64,000 nt of DNA, taken from the NCBI GenBank assembly GCA_963724765.1, contig CAVRVY010000003.1, forward strand, positions 224,001 to 288,000. The letters are read 5' to 3'. The translations under genes were made by a program, and so were the position numbers. The notes under the pieces are model-generated. The model did not search any database. It was given only the letters and a program-made list of their open reading frames with translations, and was not told the DNA's origin. This document shows, piece by piece, positions 19,953 to 30,504 of the stretch. Positions within the stretch are counted from its first letter, which is position 1. Each line of letters starts with the position of its first letter. The stretch comes from an uncultured delta proteobacterium (GTDB lineage Bacteria; Desulfobacterota; Binatia; Binatales; Binataceae).

Positions 19953-21548
19953 TTAGGGGAAGGTCTGTGGTTGCAACCCGCCGCGTATCGGCACGCCATC
20001 AAGGTGCGCCGCGCGCGAGTTCGCGCGCGCGAACATCAATACCCAGGGATCGCTGTAAATGAGCTTCCAGTCAGGCCGGCGTTCCATCAGCTCGCGCACC
20101 GGAGAGGCCGGCGTCATCAGCACGTAGTCGTGCGGATAAGCATCGAGCACCGCCGCCGCGCGCGGACTACCGAATTTGAAATCGAAATAGTCTCTGATCA
20201 CCGGCATCGAATAGGCAAAGTCGTAGCGGCCGTCGATAAACACTTTCGATGAGGGCGCCATCCGCCAGATGAGATAATCACCCCAGCTGAAGTCACCCAG
20301 CAGATTGCCGCGGAGCTGATGGGCCTGCATGAAATCGACCGCGCCCTTGGGAATTCCGAATTGCACGATCAGGGTGCGCGAAAAGAGCCCGCTCTGCAAA
20401 ACGATCAGCAGGGCGAGCGCGCCCACCAGGATCTCGTTGGAGGCCTGGCGCGGCGCGACCGCCGCCGGATCGCCGAAGCGCCGCTTCTCGAGCACCACTC
20501 CGGCGTGGCGGCATAAGGGCGCCACCGTCACGATCACCGCCAGCGCCATATTGCGCACCGAAAGCCAAGCGCCGAGCGCCATCAGCGCAGCGACCGCGAC
20601 CAGCGCCAAGTCATCGCCGCGCGGCCGGATCACAAAGCAGACCGCGAGCGCGAGCGGCAAGGCGATAACCACGGCGTAATTGAGCGCGGTCCCTGGTGAC
20701 TCGTGCCACTGCTGTACCATCTTGAACAGCAAGGGCTGCCATTCGCTAATGATCGCGCGCGTCATCGGATTCCGTATCGCCCGTGCAACCGCGAGCCAGT
20801 TGCCGAAGCCGTATGGATTGACCAGCGTCGCGGCCGCGCAGGCGAGCGTAACGCCACCCAGCCGAATCGACGTCCGCAAGCCTCGTCCCCGCACGAGATC
20901 CTCGAGCCCGCGAACTCCCGCATAGAGCGCCAGCACCGCCAGCCCGGCAGCCACGCCACCGTGAGTGTTCGCCCACAACGCGAAGATCGGAAGCGCGAGC
21001 CATATCGAGGCGCCGGACGGACGAAAACTGTCGCGCGCAAGCAGCACCATCAGCGCGCTCAACAGCATGAAGGTGAAGAGCTGCGGCCGAAACTGCATCA
21101 TCGGAATCAGCGCGACGCCGGCCACCGTCAGCACCGCGAGCTGAATCCGGACCGAGGCGCGGGTCTCTGCCGCAGCAAGCGCCATCAGCGACACGGTCAC
21201 CGCCGTCGCGGCAAACTTCATCAGCTTCAGCCCGACGACGCCGAAAGTGTCATAGGCGAGAGCGAGCAGCGCTTCGGCGAGCCATTCAGGATCGCGCCAG
21301 AGATATCCGGGGGCACTGTAGGACCAGGGATTTCGCGCCGGCGCGTGCCCGAGCGTGAGGACGAGCTGACCGAAGCGGATGTGGCCCCAGAGGTCGGGAT
21401 CGGCCCAACGGCCGACGTCGGTGACCGCGATGATAAAGGCGATGAGCGCCGGTGAGTAGCGCAGCAGCGAGACTGCGGCCGGCCTCGCGGCGCCGCTGAC
21501 TTCGAGTGCGCCGCCGCCGTTGTTCGCCGCGTCCGCTTCCATCCCCAC
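19953..21548 (-). CDS. Polytopic membrane protein, GT-C glycosyltransferase-like (paralog 1)
   Basis: Many TM segments; DPDLWGH, PEWL, RPQLF, WANTHGG, EWQPL, SVRNM, VFIDGRYD motifs. Confidence 0.7.
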   Translation of the reverse strand: MGMEADAANNGGGALEVSGAARPAAVSLLRYSPALIAFIIAVTDVGRWADPDLWGHIRFGQLVLTLGHAPARNPWSYSAPGYLWRDPEWLAEALLALAYDTFGVVGLKLMKFAATAVTVSLMALAAAETRASVRIQLAVLTVAGVALIPMMQFRPQLFTFMLLSALMVLLARDSFRPSGASIWLALPIFALWANTHGGVAAGLAVLALYAGVRGLEDLVRGRGLRTSIRLGGVTLACAAATLVNPYGFGNWLAVARAIRNPMTRAIISEWQPLLFKMVQQWHESPGTALNYAVVIALPLALAVCFVIRPRGDDLALVAVAALMALGAWLSVRNMALAVIVTVAPLCRHAGVVLEKRRFGDPAAVAPRQASNEILVGALALLIVLQSGLFSRTLIVQFGIPKGAVDFMQAHQLRGNLLGDFSWGDYLIWRMAPSSKVFIDGRYDFAYSMPVIRDYFDFKFGSPRAAAVLDAYPHDYVLMTPASPVRELMERRPDWKLIYSDPWVLMFARANSRAAHLDGVPIRGGLQPQTFP

Positions 21549-21683
21549 CCCGCGGCATCATCCTAGCCGCGGCTCCGGGCTTCTCAAAGCCCCCGCCGGT
21601 CTACAGATGCTGCGTGAGATACCACGCGAGATGCCACGCGGAAGATCGCATCGGCGGTCAGCCGCGCCCCGCCCAGGGTGCGA

Positions 21684-23228
21684 CTACGGAAAGAGGTTCG
21701 GCCCGGAACTACCTTCTACCGGAAGGCCTTTTAGCTGCGCAGCGGGCGAGTTCGCACGTGCAAACAGGGCGGCGATTTTATCCCGATAAACGATCCGCCA
21801 TCCCGGTTGCGCCAGCATAAAATCGTAGGTCGCCGAGGAAGTTCTCAGCAGCACGAAGTCATGCGGATAGGCGTCCAGCACCGCGCCTGCACGCGGGCCC
21901 ACGAGGAAGAAGTCCAGGTAGTCGGCGAGCACCGCTTGCGGATAGACCATGTCGAAGCGGCTATCGACGAAGACTTTGGATTCGGGCGCGAGGTGAAAGA
22001 TCAGGTACTCGCCCCAGCCGAAATCGTCGAGCACGTTGCCATGCAGTCCGTGCGCCTGCATGAATTCGATCGCGCCCTGCGGCTGGGGATATCCGTTGGG
22101 CAGGCGCGGCGAGAAGAGCCCGCTCGCAAGCGCGATCACGAACGCGATCGCGCCGACCAGCATCTCATGGGACCGCTTTCGCGGCGCAGGCGCCGCTGGA
22201 TTGCCGAAACGCGTGGCCTCGAGTGCGAGTGCGGCGTGGCGGCACAGCGGAGTTATCGACGCGATCACCGCGAGTGCCATGTTGCGCACGGCCAGATACG
22301 CGGCGACTCCCATCATCGCCGCTATTACCAGCAGTGCGAGGTCGCCGCCGCGAGGCCTGAGCGCGAAGCACAGCGCCAGCGCGGCGAACGGCACGATCAC
22401 GAGCGCGAAGTTGACCGCGGTCTTAGGCGACTTGTGCCACTCCTCGGCGATCTTGAACAGCAACGGCTGCCATTCGCTGACCATCGCGCGCGTAAGCGGA
22501 TTGCCCAGCGTATGCATCACCGTGAACCAGTTGCCGATACCGTCGGGATTGAGCAGCGTCGCGAGCACGCAAGCCGCGGTCACGCCGCCAAGACGCGTCG
22601 CGCGCTGAAGACCGTCACCCGCCGCCAAATCCTCGATCACGATCACCGCTGTATACACCGCGAGCACTGCGAGACCGACGAAGAAACCGCCGTGCAGATT
22701 GGCCCACAGCGCGAAGATCGGGATAGCGAGCCATAGCCGCCCCGCATGCCGATAACTGTCGCGGGCGAGCAGCAGAAGCAGCGCGCTCAGCGCAACGAAG
22801 TCGAACAATTGCGGCCGAAACTGCATCATCGGCGCGATCGCGACCGCGCCCGTCGTCAGCACCACCATTTGCAGCGGTATCGGCGCGCCAGTCTCGGCCG
22901 CGCCCATCGCCAGCAGCGTGATGGTCGCCGCCGTGGCGGCAAGTTTCATCAGCTTGAGCCCGACCACTCCAAGCGCGCCCCAGCAGAGCGCCAGCACGAC
23001 TTCGGAGAGCCATTCGTGGTCGCGCCAGGGCAGGCCGGTTGCGCTGTAGGAGTAGATGTCGCGCGGCGGCAGACGGCCGTGCATCAGGATGAAGCGGCCG
23101 AAAACCAGGTGGCCCCAGAGGTCAGGGTCAGCCCAGCGACCGGCGTCGGCGACTACGATAATGAACGCGAGGAATGCCGGCGAGTAACGCGGTAGCGAAA
23201 GCTTTCGCACGCGCCGCGAGGATGTCAT
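21684..23228 (-). CDS. Polytopic membrane protein, GT-C-like (paralog 2)
   Basis: Same motif set; start MTSSRR overlaps the stop of paralog 3 (ATGA). Confidence 0.7.
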   Translation of the reverse strand: MTSSRRVRKLSLPRYSPAFLAFIIVVADAGRWADPDLWGHLVFGRFILMHGRLPPRDIYSYSATGLPWRDHEWLSEVVLALCWGALGVVGLKLMKLAATAATITLLAMGAAETGAPIPLQMVVLTTGAVAIAPMMQFRPQLFDFVALSALLLLLARDSYRHAGRLWLAIPIFALWANLHGGFFVGLAVLAVYTAVIVIEDLAAGDGLQRATRLGGVTAACVLATLLNPDGIGNWFTVMHTLGNPLTRAMVSEWQPLLFKIAEEWHKSPKTAVNFALVIVPFAALALCFALRPRGGDLALLVIAAMMGVAAYLAVRNMALAVIASITPLCRHAALALEATRFGNPAAPAPRKRSHEMLVGAIAFVIALASGLFSPRLPNGYPQPQGAIEFMQAHGLHGNVLDDFGWGEYLIFHLAPESKVFVDSRFDMVYPQAVLADYLDFFLVGPRAGAVLDAYPHDFVLLRTSSATYDFMLAQPGWRIVYRDKIAALFARANSPAAQLKGLPVEGSSGPNLFP

Positions 23229-24850
23229 GGAAATGCGCATGGCAGAGCGGGCGTGGTTGCGGGTAAGTCGGGCAGGCTTGCCGTGGGGGCGCTCGCGCGT
23301 GCGTAAAGGAGTGCGTCGTCGTCGCGGTAGAGCAGTTTCCAATCACGCTGCCGCACCATCAGGCGGCGCGCGGGCGCACGCGACCCGATCAGCACGAAGT
23401 CGTGAGGATAGGAATCGAGCACCGCGCCGGCGCCCGACTGGTCGAAATAAAATTCGAGATAGTCGCGGATGACCTTGAACGGATAGACGGTGTCGTAACG
23501 GCCGTCGATAAAGACCTTGTCCTGCGGCGCGGCGTGCCAGATGAGATACTCGCCCCATCCGAACTCGCCCAACACATTGCCATGCAGGCCATGCGCGCTC
23601 ATGAAGGCAAGCGCCGCCCAAGGATAGGCACGGTCCGGCACAAGCCGGCGCGAAAACAGTCCGCCGCGGAGGGCCATCACGCAGGCCAGCGCAAGCATCG
23701 CGAAATGACTCGCCGGGGACCACGGCGCCACGGGCAGACCGGCCCCGGCGCGCCGCGCGCGCAGCATCGCGAGATGGCGCGCGAGCGGTCCGCTCACCGC
23801 CAACGCGGCCAGCGCCATATTGCGCACGGAAAGAAAGGCCGCGAGCGCCATCATTGCGGCCACCGCGACCAGCGGCAGATCGTCCGCGCGCGGCGCCGCC
23901 GCCAATACGACCGCCAGTGCGGCAACCATCGCTATCACAACAAGATAGAGCACCACGCCCGAGGGCGCGGAATGCCACTGCGCCAGCATCGCCCACCAAA
24001 GCGGCTGCCAATCATTTACCACATTGCGCGTGTAGGGATTGCGCAGCGCGTGCGCCACCGTCTCCCACATCCCGGCGCCGTAAGGATTGATCAGCGTGGC
24101 CGCGGCGGCGGCCACGGTAAGCAGCGATAATTTCGCCCCGCGCCACCATCCCGCGCCCGCGGCGAGATCGCCAACCGCTGCGACGGCCGAGTAGAGCGCC
24201 AGCGTGGCGATACCGATGAAGAAGCCGCCGTGCAGATTCGCCCACAGCGCCATCAGCGGCACCGCCAGCCAGAGCCGCGCACCGCCGCGCCGGTAATTGT
24301 CGCGCGCAAGCAGGGCGAGTAGCGCACCCAGCAAAGCGAAGCTGAACATCTGCGGCCGCAACTGCGCCTGGAGCAGGAATCCGCACGCCGCCGCGAACAG
24401 GACCGCAAACTGGATGGTGGGCGGCGCGCCTGTTGAGGCCTCGGTGTCGGCGACAAACAGCAACGCCGCCGCCGTGCAGGCGAACTTCCACAGCTTGAGC
24501 CCGGCCACGCCGGCAGCGTTGTAGGCGAACGTCATCACGACTTCGGCCAGCCACTCGTGATCGCGCCATCGATGACCCGCCGCAGAGTAAGAATATATAT
24601 CAAAATGTAGCAGATGGCGTCCGGCGATGAAGGCCTCGCCGAAGCGCAGATGGCCCCAAAGGTCGGGATCGGTATGGCGGTTGGAATCGGCGAGCAGGAT
24701 CGCGATCAGCACGGCGGCGGGCGCATAGCGCAAGAGCGAGCACGCCGGCCGCACAATCTCAGTGCGCGCCGCACGCCGGTGAGTTGATGATTCGGGTGAT
24801 GGTTGGGGCCGTGCGTCGGAAGCTGCCATGCACTCGCTCGCAGCCTTCAC
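23225..24850 (-). CDS. Polytopic membrane protein, GT-C-like (paralog 3)
   Basis: DSNRHTDPDLWGH, DHEWL, RPQMF, WANLHGGF, DWQPL, VFIDGRYD. Confidence 0.7.
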   Translation of the reverse strand: MKAASECMAASDARPQPSPESSTHRRAARTEIVRPACSLLRYAPAAVLIAILLADSNRHTDPDLWGHLRFGEAFIAGRHLLHFDIYSYSAAGHRWRDHEWLAEVVMTFAYNAAGVAGLKLWKFACTAAALLFVADTEASTGAPPTIQFAVLFAAACGFLLQAQLRPQMFSFALLGALLALLARDNYRRGGARLWLAVPLMALWANLHGGFFIGIATLALYSAVAAVGDLAAGAGWWRGAKLSLLTVAAAAATLINPYGAGMWETVAHALRNPYTRNVVNDWQPLWWAMLAQWHSAPSGVVLYLVVIAMVAALAVVLAAAPRADDLPLVAVAAMMALAAFLSVRNMALAALAVSGPLARHLAMLRARRAGAGLPVAPWSPASHFAMLALACVMALRGGLFSRRLVPDRAYPWAALAFMSAHGLHGNVLGEFGWGEYLIWHAAPQDKVFIDGRYDTVYPFKVIRDYLEFYFDQSGAGAVLDSYPHDFVLIGSRAPARRLMVRQRDWKLLYRDDDALLYARASAPTASLPDLPATTPALPCAFP

Positions 24851-24884
24851 GCTACAGGCTGCAAGCGGCGCCGCAAAGCTGCGT

Positions 24885-26537
24885 CTAGGGAAATCCGCCC
24901 GGATGCGCGGCGCCGGTCACGGGCAGGTCCGGCAGGCCGGCCGCAGGTGCACTCGCGCGTGCGTAAAGAAGCGACTCGTCGTCGCGATAAAGCAACTTCC
25001 AGTCATGTCGCCGCTCCATCAAATGACGTGCTGGAGCAGCGGTAGGGATAAGCACAAAATCATGCGGATAGGCATCGAGAACGTGAGCCCCGCCCGGCAG
25101 GTCGAATCGAAACAGCAGGTAATCGCGGACCACGTCCGGCGGGTACACAGTATCGTTGCGGCCGTCGATAAAAACCTTGTCGGCCGGGAAGGTGTGCCAG
25201 ATGAGGTATTGGCCCCATCCGAAATCGCAGAGCAGGTTGCCATGCAACTGGTGTGCACGCATGAAGCTAACCGCGCCCGCGGGATAGGCCTTGTCCTCTG
25301 CAAGCCGGCTCGAAAACAGGCCGCCCTGAAGCATCAGTACACCGCATACCGCCAGCATCAGCCACTGGTTCACCGACCGCGAGTCAGGCGCGGGTGCACC
25401 GTGGCGGCGGCGCTCGCTCAGCACCGCAAGATGACGTGCGAGCGGACCGCTCACCGCGATGACCGCGAGCGCCATATTGCGCACAGACTGGAACGCCGCA
25501 AGCGACATGAACGCGGCGATCGCGACCAGCGGCAGATCTCCCGCGCGCGGCGACGCGACGAACGCGGCCGCAAGCGCCGCAATCAATCCGATCACCGCAA
25601 GATAGATCAGGACGCCGGAGAACCCCTGATGCCACTGCACGGCCAACGCGTGAGTGAGCGGCTGCCAATCGTTGACGATGCCGCGCGTGTAGGGATTGCG
25701 AAGCGCGTAGACGACCGCCTTCCAGATCCCAATGCCGTAAGGATTGAGGAGCGTCGCCGCGGTGGCGGCGAGCGTGACCAGGCCGAGCCGGATCGCGCGG
25801 CGCAACCCCTCGCCAGCGGCGAGGTCGCACGACGCCACGGCGCCCGTATAGAGCGCGAGCGTCACGATTCCCGCAACGAAGCCGCCGTGCGGATTCGCCC
25901 ATAGCGCCATCAGCGGCACCGCCAGCCAGATCGTCCCCCCGCGCCGGTAATTGTCGCGCGCGAGCAGCGCGACGAGGGCGCTTAGGCAAACCAGCGTGAA
26001 CATCTGCGGCCGGAATTGCGTCTGCAGTATCAGCCCAACTGAGGCCACGAGCAGCACCGGAAGTTGAATCGAAGGCGGCGCGCCGGTTGCGGCCTCGGCG
26101 TCGGCGATGAACAGAACCGTGAGCGCGGTGAAGACGAATTTCCACAGTTTGAGACCGACCACGCCCGCGGCGTTGTACACGGCCGCCATCACCACCTCGG
26201 CAAGCCATTCATGATCCCGCCAGAGATGGCCCGCGGCGGAGTAGGAATAAGGATCGCGATCGATCAGATGGCGTTTGGCGATAAATGCCTGGCCGAATCG
26301 GACATGGCCCCAGAGATCGGGGTCTGTGTGGCGATTGGAGTCGGCGATCAGAATCGCCAGCAGAACCACCGCGGGCGAATAGCGCAAGAGCGAATTGCGC
26401 GTGAGCCGGGACGCGGTGGCGCCCGGCGAGCCACGCTCAGCCGCGTCCGTCGGCGCGAAAGCCGCCGCTGCCGGAGCGCCGTTATAGGCGATCATGTTCG
26501 GCGGTGCTGCCGCCCGCCCCTCCCCGCTGGTCTTCAT
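24885..26537 (-). CDS. Polytopic membrane protein, GT-C-like (paralog 4)
   Basis: Same motifs as paralog 3; ends in FP like the other three. Confidence 0.7.
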   Translation of the reverse strand: MKTSGEGRAAAPPNMIAYNGAPAAAAFAPTDAAERGSPGATASRLTRNSLLRYSPAVVLLAILIADSNRHTDPDLWGHVRFGQAFIAKRHLIDRDPYSYSAAGHLWRDHEWLAEVVMAAVYNAAGVVGLKLWKFVFTALTVLFIADAEAATGAPPSIQLPVLLVASVGLILQTQFRPQMFTLVCLSALVALLARDNYRRGGTIWLAVPLMALWANPHGGFVAGIVTLALYTGAVASCDLAAGEGLRRAIRLGLVTLAATAATLLNPYGIGIWKAVVYALRNPYTRGIVNDWQPLTHALAVQWHQGFSGVLIYLAVIGLIAALAAAFVASPRAGDLPLVAIAAFMSLAAFQSVRNMALAVIAVSGPLARHLAVLSERRRHGAPAPDSRSVNQWLMLAVCGVLMLQGGLFSSRLAEDKAYPAGAVSFMRAHQLHGNLLCDFGWGQYLIWHTFPADKVFIDGRNDTVYPPDVVRDYLLFRFDLPGGAHVLDAYPHDFVLIPTAAPARHLMERRHDWKLLYRDDESLLYARASAPAAGLPDLPVTGAAHPGGFP

Positions 26538-26645
26538 CCGCTGCCGTGCCGCCCAGGCCGCGATCGCCGCCGCGGCGCGACCGCCTCGAAGCTACCAGAT
26601 TCGCGATGACACCGCATCGCCAGGCGCGGCAGCGACGACCGCGGT

Positions 26646-27506
26646 CTAGGCGCGCGCGGCGAAGCAGATGGTCACGTTGGGCAGCCGAAGTGAGCCGTCG
26701 GCCCGGCGATAAGGCGCCGCCGCGTCGGCGGTCGCGTGCATGATCTGTTCGCGCACCTCAGGCGTGCATCGCTCCAGCACCATCCGCAGCGGAGCTGACA
26801 CGCCCGCGCGAAAGCGCGTGAATTCGTCGGTCGAGGCAAACTCGAATACCACCTCAAGCGGCTCGCTGCGCACCTCGCTGAAGCCGGCGCCTTCGAGCGC
26901 GCGCGTCAGGATCGACACCTCGGCGAGCCGGAACGGATCAAGCGCTCCCGGCTGGCGCGGCGGCAGGCCGGCGAGCGTGCGCATGGCCTCGCCGCCAAGA
27001 CTGATCATCGGGACCTTGTCGGGCGCCGACCAGACGGCGGTGGCAAAGCGTGCGCCGGGCCTGAGCGCGCGGCGGATTCCGCGCACGGCCGAACCAAGGT
27101 CGGGCACGAACATCAGGCCCCAGCGGCAGATCGCAGCGTCGAAGCTGTGCTCGTCCGCCTCCAACGATTCGATATCGCCGACGCGAAACTCCAGGTTGTC
27201 GAAGCCGAGCGCCGCCGCCCGCTCGCGCGCCACCGCGAGCATCCCGGGCGACTGATCGATCGCGACGACGCGGCCTGCCGTGCCGACGCGGCGCGCGGCG
27301 GTTATCGCGGGCTCGCCAATTCCGGTGGCGAGGTCGGTCACGCGATGGCCCGGCCGCACGGCGGCCAGTTCGACCAGGCGGTCGCTGACGTGCTGCGCGG
27401 CGCGCTCGAAGGTGCTCCACCATTGCTTCCATCCGGCGGCCGCGGCGTCCCAATCGATTCGCTGCTGCTGCTTGAGCTGGCTCGCCGATTGATCCTGCTC
27501 GCTCAT
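26646..27506 (-). CDS. Class I SAM-dependent methyltransferase (UbiE-like)
   Basis: VTDLATGIGEP motif I, AIDQSPGML, FDAAICRWGLMF, LRPGARF; AGGAG RBS. Confidence 0.85.
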   Translation of the reverse strand: MSEQDQSASQLKQQQRIDWDAAAAGWKQWWSTFERAAQHVSDRLVELAAVRPGHRVTDLATGIGEPAITAARRVGTAGRVVAIDQSPGMLAVARERAAALGFDNLEFRVGDIESLEADEHSFDAAICRWGLMFVPDLGSAVRGIRRALRPGARFATAVWSAPDKVPMISLGGEAMRTLAGLPPRQPGALDPFRLAEVSILTRALEGAGFSEVRSEPLEVVFEFASTDEFTRFRAGVSAPLRMVLERCTPEVREQIMHATADAAAPYRRADGSLRLPNVTICFAARA

Positions 27507-27557
27507 GACATCATCTCCTGCCGACGCGTCTCACTTTTGACTTTCACTTTTCACTTT

Positions 27558-29111
27558 TCACCGCGTGCGGGTGCCGCGGCCGTATACCTGTACGTCACGA
27601 AAGGCGGCCAACGGATGCGTATACTGCGCGAGCAGCTTCGCACCTTCCTCCCGCGCATGCCACTGGTCGCCGATTACGAGAACTTGTCCGTCGGAATCGT
27701 CCGCGGGCACCGCGGCTCCGGCGGCCTGCGTAGAGCGCAGATAGTAGCGCACCGCGTTGACCGCGTACGGCGGCGCGACGGCGATTTTCATGCCGGGCGC
27801 GAGCGCGGCGGCGGCTGCGCTCGCGGCCTCGCGCCACTGAGTATCGTGGGGGCGCTGCCGGTAGGTGTGGAGATGCCCGAGCGCCAGCGCCACCGACAAT
27901 GCAATCGCGCCAATGGCGGCAATCTTGCCAATCGCGACCGCACGCATCGACGCACTGGGGAGTTCCCACGCGCCGAGCGCGGCCAGCATGAAAAACGGCA
28001 CAAAGCACCACAGCGCATACCGCTCAACGAACATCGGCGAGAATGCATACGAAGCGACGAGCATCAGCAGCGGCGGCAGCCACATCCATGCGAGCGCGAA
28101 CGCCGTTGCCGCGCGCGAGCGAAGCCATCCCCGCCACGCCCCCCATCCCGCCAGCGCAGCCATCACCGGGAACGCGAAGCTGCCGACGCCCTTGTTGAAC
28201 AGCGCGAGCGGCGCCCACCATCGCGGCCGCTCGATCCATCCCGTCGCGCCGTTGGCAAAGGCGCTCGCGCCCGTGCGCAGCGCCGGCAGCGCAACGATCA
28301 GGAACAGCGCCGCGCCCGCGCCGAGCGCGGCGGCGATCGTAAACGGCGGGGTCATCCGAAAACTCTGCGCGCTGCGCCACTGCATCAGCGGCAAAGCGAT
28401 AAGGCACAGCCCTTCGGCCACGATCATGAAGGCGGCGCTGAAATGAGTGGCGACGGCAAGCACGGTCAGCACGGCGAGCGGCGCGAGATCGAAGAGATTG
28501 CCGCGCCGCACGGCGCGAATGAAAAACCATACCTGGAGCAGAACGAGCAGCAGCGCGAGCGGATACATTCGAAGCTCGCGCGCGTATTTGATCGTCACCA
28601 GGTTAACCGCGAAAAACAGCGCGGCAAGCGCCGCAACCATCTCGGCCTCAGCGCAAGGGATTCCGCGGAATCCGGCGCTCTCGCTTTCACTTTGCGGCGC
28701 TGAGGATCGTGCGCGAAGGAGTTCGCGCACGAGCACGAACACCACCACGATGCTGAAGGTGTCGAGCAGCGCCGAGAGCGCCCTCATCGCGCCGAGTCCG
28801 TCGCCAAAAAGCCCTATCCAGCCGTGCAGCACGATTTCGTAGACTGCGAGCTTGCCAGGATTGAGCACCGCCTGGATACGCACCACCTCGGCGAGACTCG
28901 GGGCGGCGGCGGCGGCCCATGATGCGCCTTCGTCGGCCGACATCTCGCGCGCGCCGATCGCCGCAAAGCGCTGCCATCCGCCGAGCACTATCGCAACTGC
29001 GAGCAGCGCCACGCTGAGCGCTCGCACCGGAGCGCGCGCGGCCACGACGGGCAAGTGGGGCGGGGCCGATACGGATGCGGCAGGCGCGCTACTTTGAGAG
29101 TCGACGGTCAC
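27558..29111 (-). CDS. Glycosyltransferase family 39 / ArnT-PMT-like membrane protein
   Basis: SADE acidic loop motif, Y..LHGW..LFG, RALSAL, YARELRMY, ERY; multiple TMs. Confidence 0.75.
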   Translation of the reverse strand: MTVDSQSSAPAASVSAPPHLPVVAARAPVRALSVALLAVAIVLGGWQRFAAIGAREMSADEGASWAAAAAPSLAEVVRIQAVLNPGKLAVYEIVLHGWIGLFGDGLGAMRALSALLDTFSIVVVFVLVRELLRARSSAPQSESESAGFRGIPCAEAEMVAALAALFFAVNLVTIKYARELRMYPLALLLVLLQVWFFIRAVRRGNLFDLAPLAVLTVLAVATHFSAAFMIVAEGLCLIALPLMQWRSAQSFRMTPPFTIAAALGAGAALFLIVALPALRTGASAFANGATGWIERPRWWAPLALFNKGVGSFAFPVMAALAGWGAWRGWLRSRAATAFALAWMWLPPLLMLVASYAFSPMFVERYALWCFVPFFMLAALGAWELPSASMRAVAIGKIAAIGAIALSVALALGHLHTYRQRPHDTQWREAASAAAAALAPGMKIAVAPPYAVNAVRYYLRSTQAAGAAVPADDSDGQVLVIGDQWHAREEGAKLLAQYTHPLAAFRDVQVYGRGTRTR

Positions 29112-29175
29112 GAATCAGCCGATGAGGCGACGGCGCCGGCGGCAGTCCCGGCGGATGTTCTACAGCCTCTCTTTG

Positions 29176-29445
29176 CTACAGCCCCTTTTTGAGCTGCGGT
29201 GCGGGGCGAAAGCCAACGGTGCGCGCGGCCGGAATTGTCATCGGACTCTGCGTGCGCGGGTTGTAGCCCGCGCGCGGGCGACGGCGGCGCACTGAAAAAG
29301 TGCCGAAGCCGGGCACCCAGAAGCGCTTGTCCTTGCGAATCGCGCGCGCGATGTGGTCGAAGGTCAGCTCGATGGTGCGCGCGGCGGTTTTTTTTTCCAG
29401 GTGCGTCGCACGCGCGACAGTCTCGATCAGTTCGGCCTTGGTCAT
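29176..29445 (-). CDS. hup: HU family DNA-binding protein
   Basis: MTKAELIE, GFGTFSVRRR, GYNPRT, IPAARTVGFRPA; GGAGG RBS. Confidence 0.9.
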   Translation of the reverse strand: MTKAELIETVARATHLEKKTAARTIELTFDHIARAIRKDKRFWVPGFGTFSVRRRRPRAGYNPRTQSPMTIPAARTVGFRPAPQLKKGL

Positions 29446-29559
29446 GGGTTGATGCCTCCCCGGTCCCACCGTATTACTGCCGTTATACCGCGGGCGCACG
29501 CCGCATCAAGAACAGAAAAGCGCGAAATAAAAGCTGCGTGGTGCGGGGGCACCTATCGA

Positions 29560-30504
29560 TTAGGACGGCTTTGGCGGCGGCTGTACGGCGCCGGCGCCCA
29601 GTTCGCGCCATACCAGGCCCCATCGCACACCCTGGTCGCTCACCGTGACGTTGCTCGCCTCGGCCTCGCACATCACGCGCTCGAGAATCGCAGTGCCGGC
29701 GAAAATAACGTCGGCGCGCGCGGGATCGAGGCCCTTGAGTTTGCGCCGCTCCGCCAGCGGCTTCGAGCCGAACAGGCCCAGCACCCGCTCGACCTCCATG
29801 CGCGAGAGCCGATAGCCGTGCACGCGATCGGCGTCGTAGGTCTCCATCTGAAGTGCGACCGCGCAGACCGTGGTCACGGTGCCGGCGATTCCGACCAGCG
29901 CGTCGGTCTCGAGCTTCCATCCCAGCCCCGTGAGTTCGGCATCGATGGCCATGCGGAGGTCGGCGGCCTCGCGCGCCGTTGGCGGATCGTGATGGATGAT
30001 TCGCTCGGTCAGGCGCACCGAGCCGATCTGCAGGCTCGTCATCTGCAGCTTGGCGTCCGGCTCGGCGCGGATGAACTCGGTCGAACCGCCGCCGATGTCG
30101 ATGATGAGCAGGCGTTGTGAAACGTCCAGGTGCAGGCCGTGCAAGACCGCCACGTAAGACAGCCACGCCTCGGTCTCGCCCGACACGATCTCCAGTTCGA
30201 TGCCGGTGCGCTCGCGCACGCGGCGGATGAAGTCCTCACCGTCGGCGGCGTCGCGCAGCGTCGCGGTGCCGGCGGTCACGATTTTCGCGGCGCCAGCGGC
30301 GCGCGCCTGTTCGACGAATTCCGCGATCGTGTCGAGCGTGCGAAGCGCGGCCTGCGGGTCCAGGCGATGGTTCCGGTCGACGCCCTGCCCCAGGCGCGTG
30401 ATGCGCGCAAGGTCGATCACCCGGCGCGCGCCGCCGTCGGGCGTGGTCTCGGCCACCAGCATCAGGACCGTGTTGGTGCCGACGTCGAGTGCGCCAATCT
30501 TCAT
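29560..30504 (-). CDS. ppx: Ppx/GppA exopolyphosphatase family
   Basis: ALDVGTNT, TRLGQG, DIGGGSTE, GIAGT, RADVI, GVRWG; coupled to the trmFO stop. Confidence 0.88.
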   Translation of the reverse strand: MKIGALDVGTNTVLMLVAETTPDGGARRVIDLARITRLGQGVDRNHRLDPQAALRTLDTIAEFVEQARAAGAAKIVTAGTATLRDAADGEDFIRRVRERTGIELEIVSGETEAWLSYVAVLHGLHLDVSQRLLIIDIGGGSTEFIRAEPDAKLQMTSLQIGSVRLTERIIHHDPPTAREAADLRMAIDAELTGLGWKLETDALVGIAGTVTTVCAVALQMETYDADRVHGYRLSRMEVERVLGLFGSKPLAERRKLKGLDPARADVIFAGTAILERVMCEAEASNVTVSDQGVRWGLVWRELGAGAVQPPPKPS

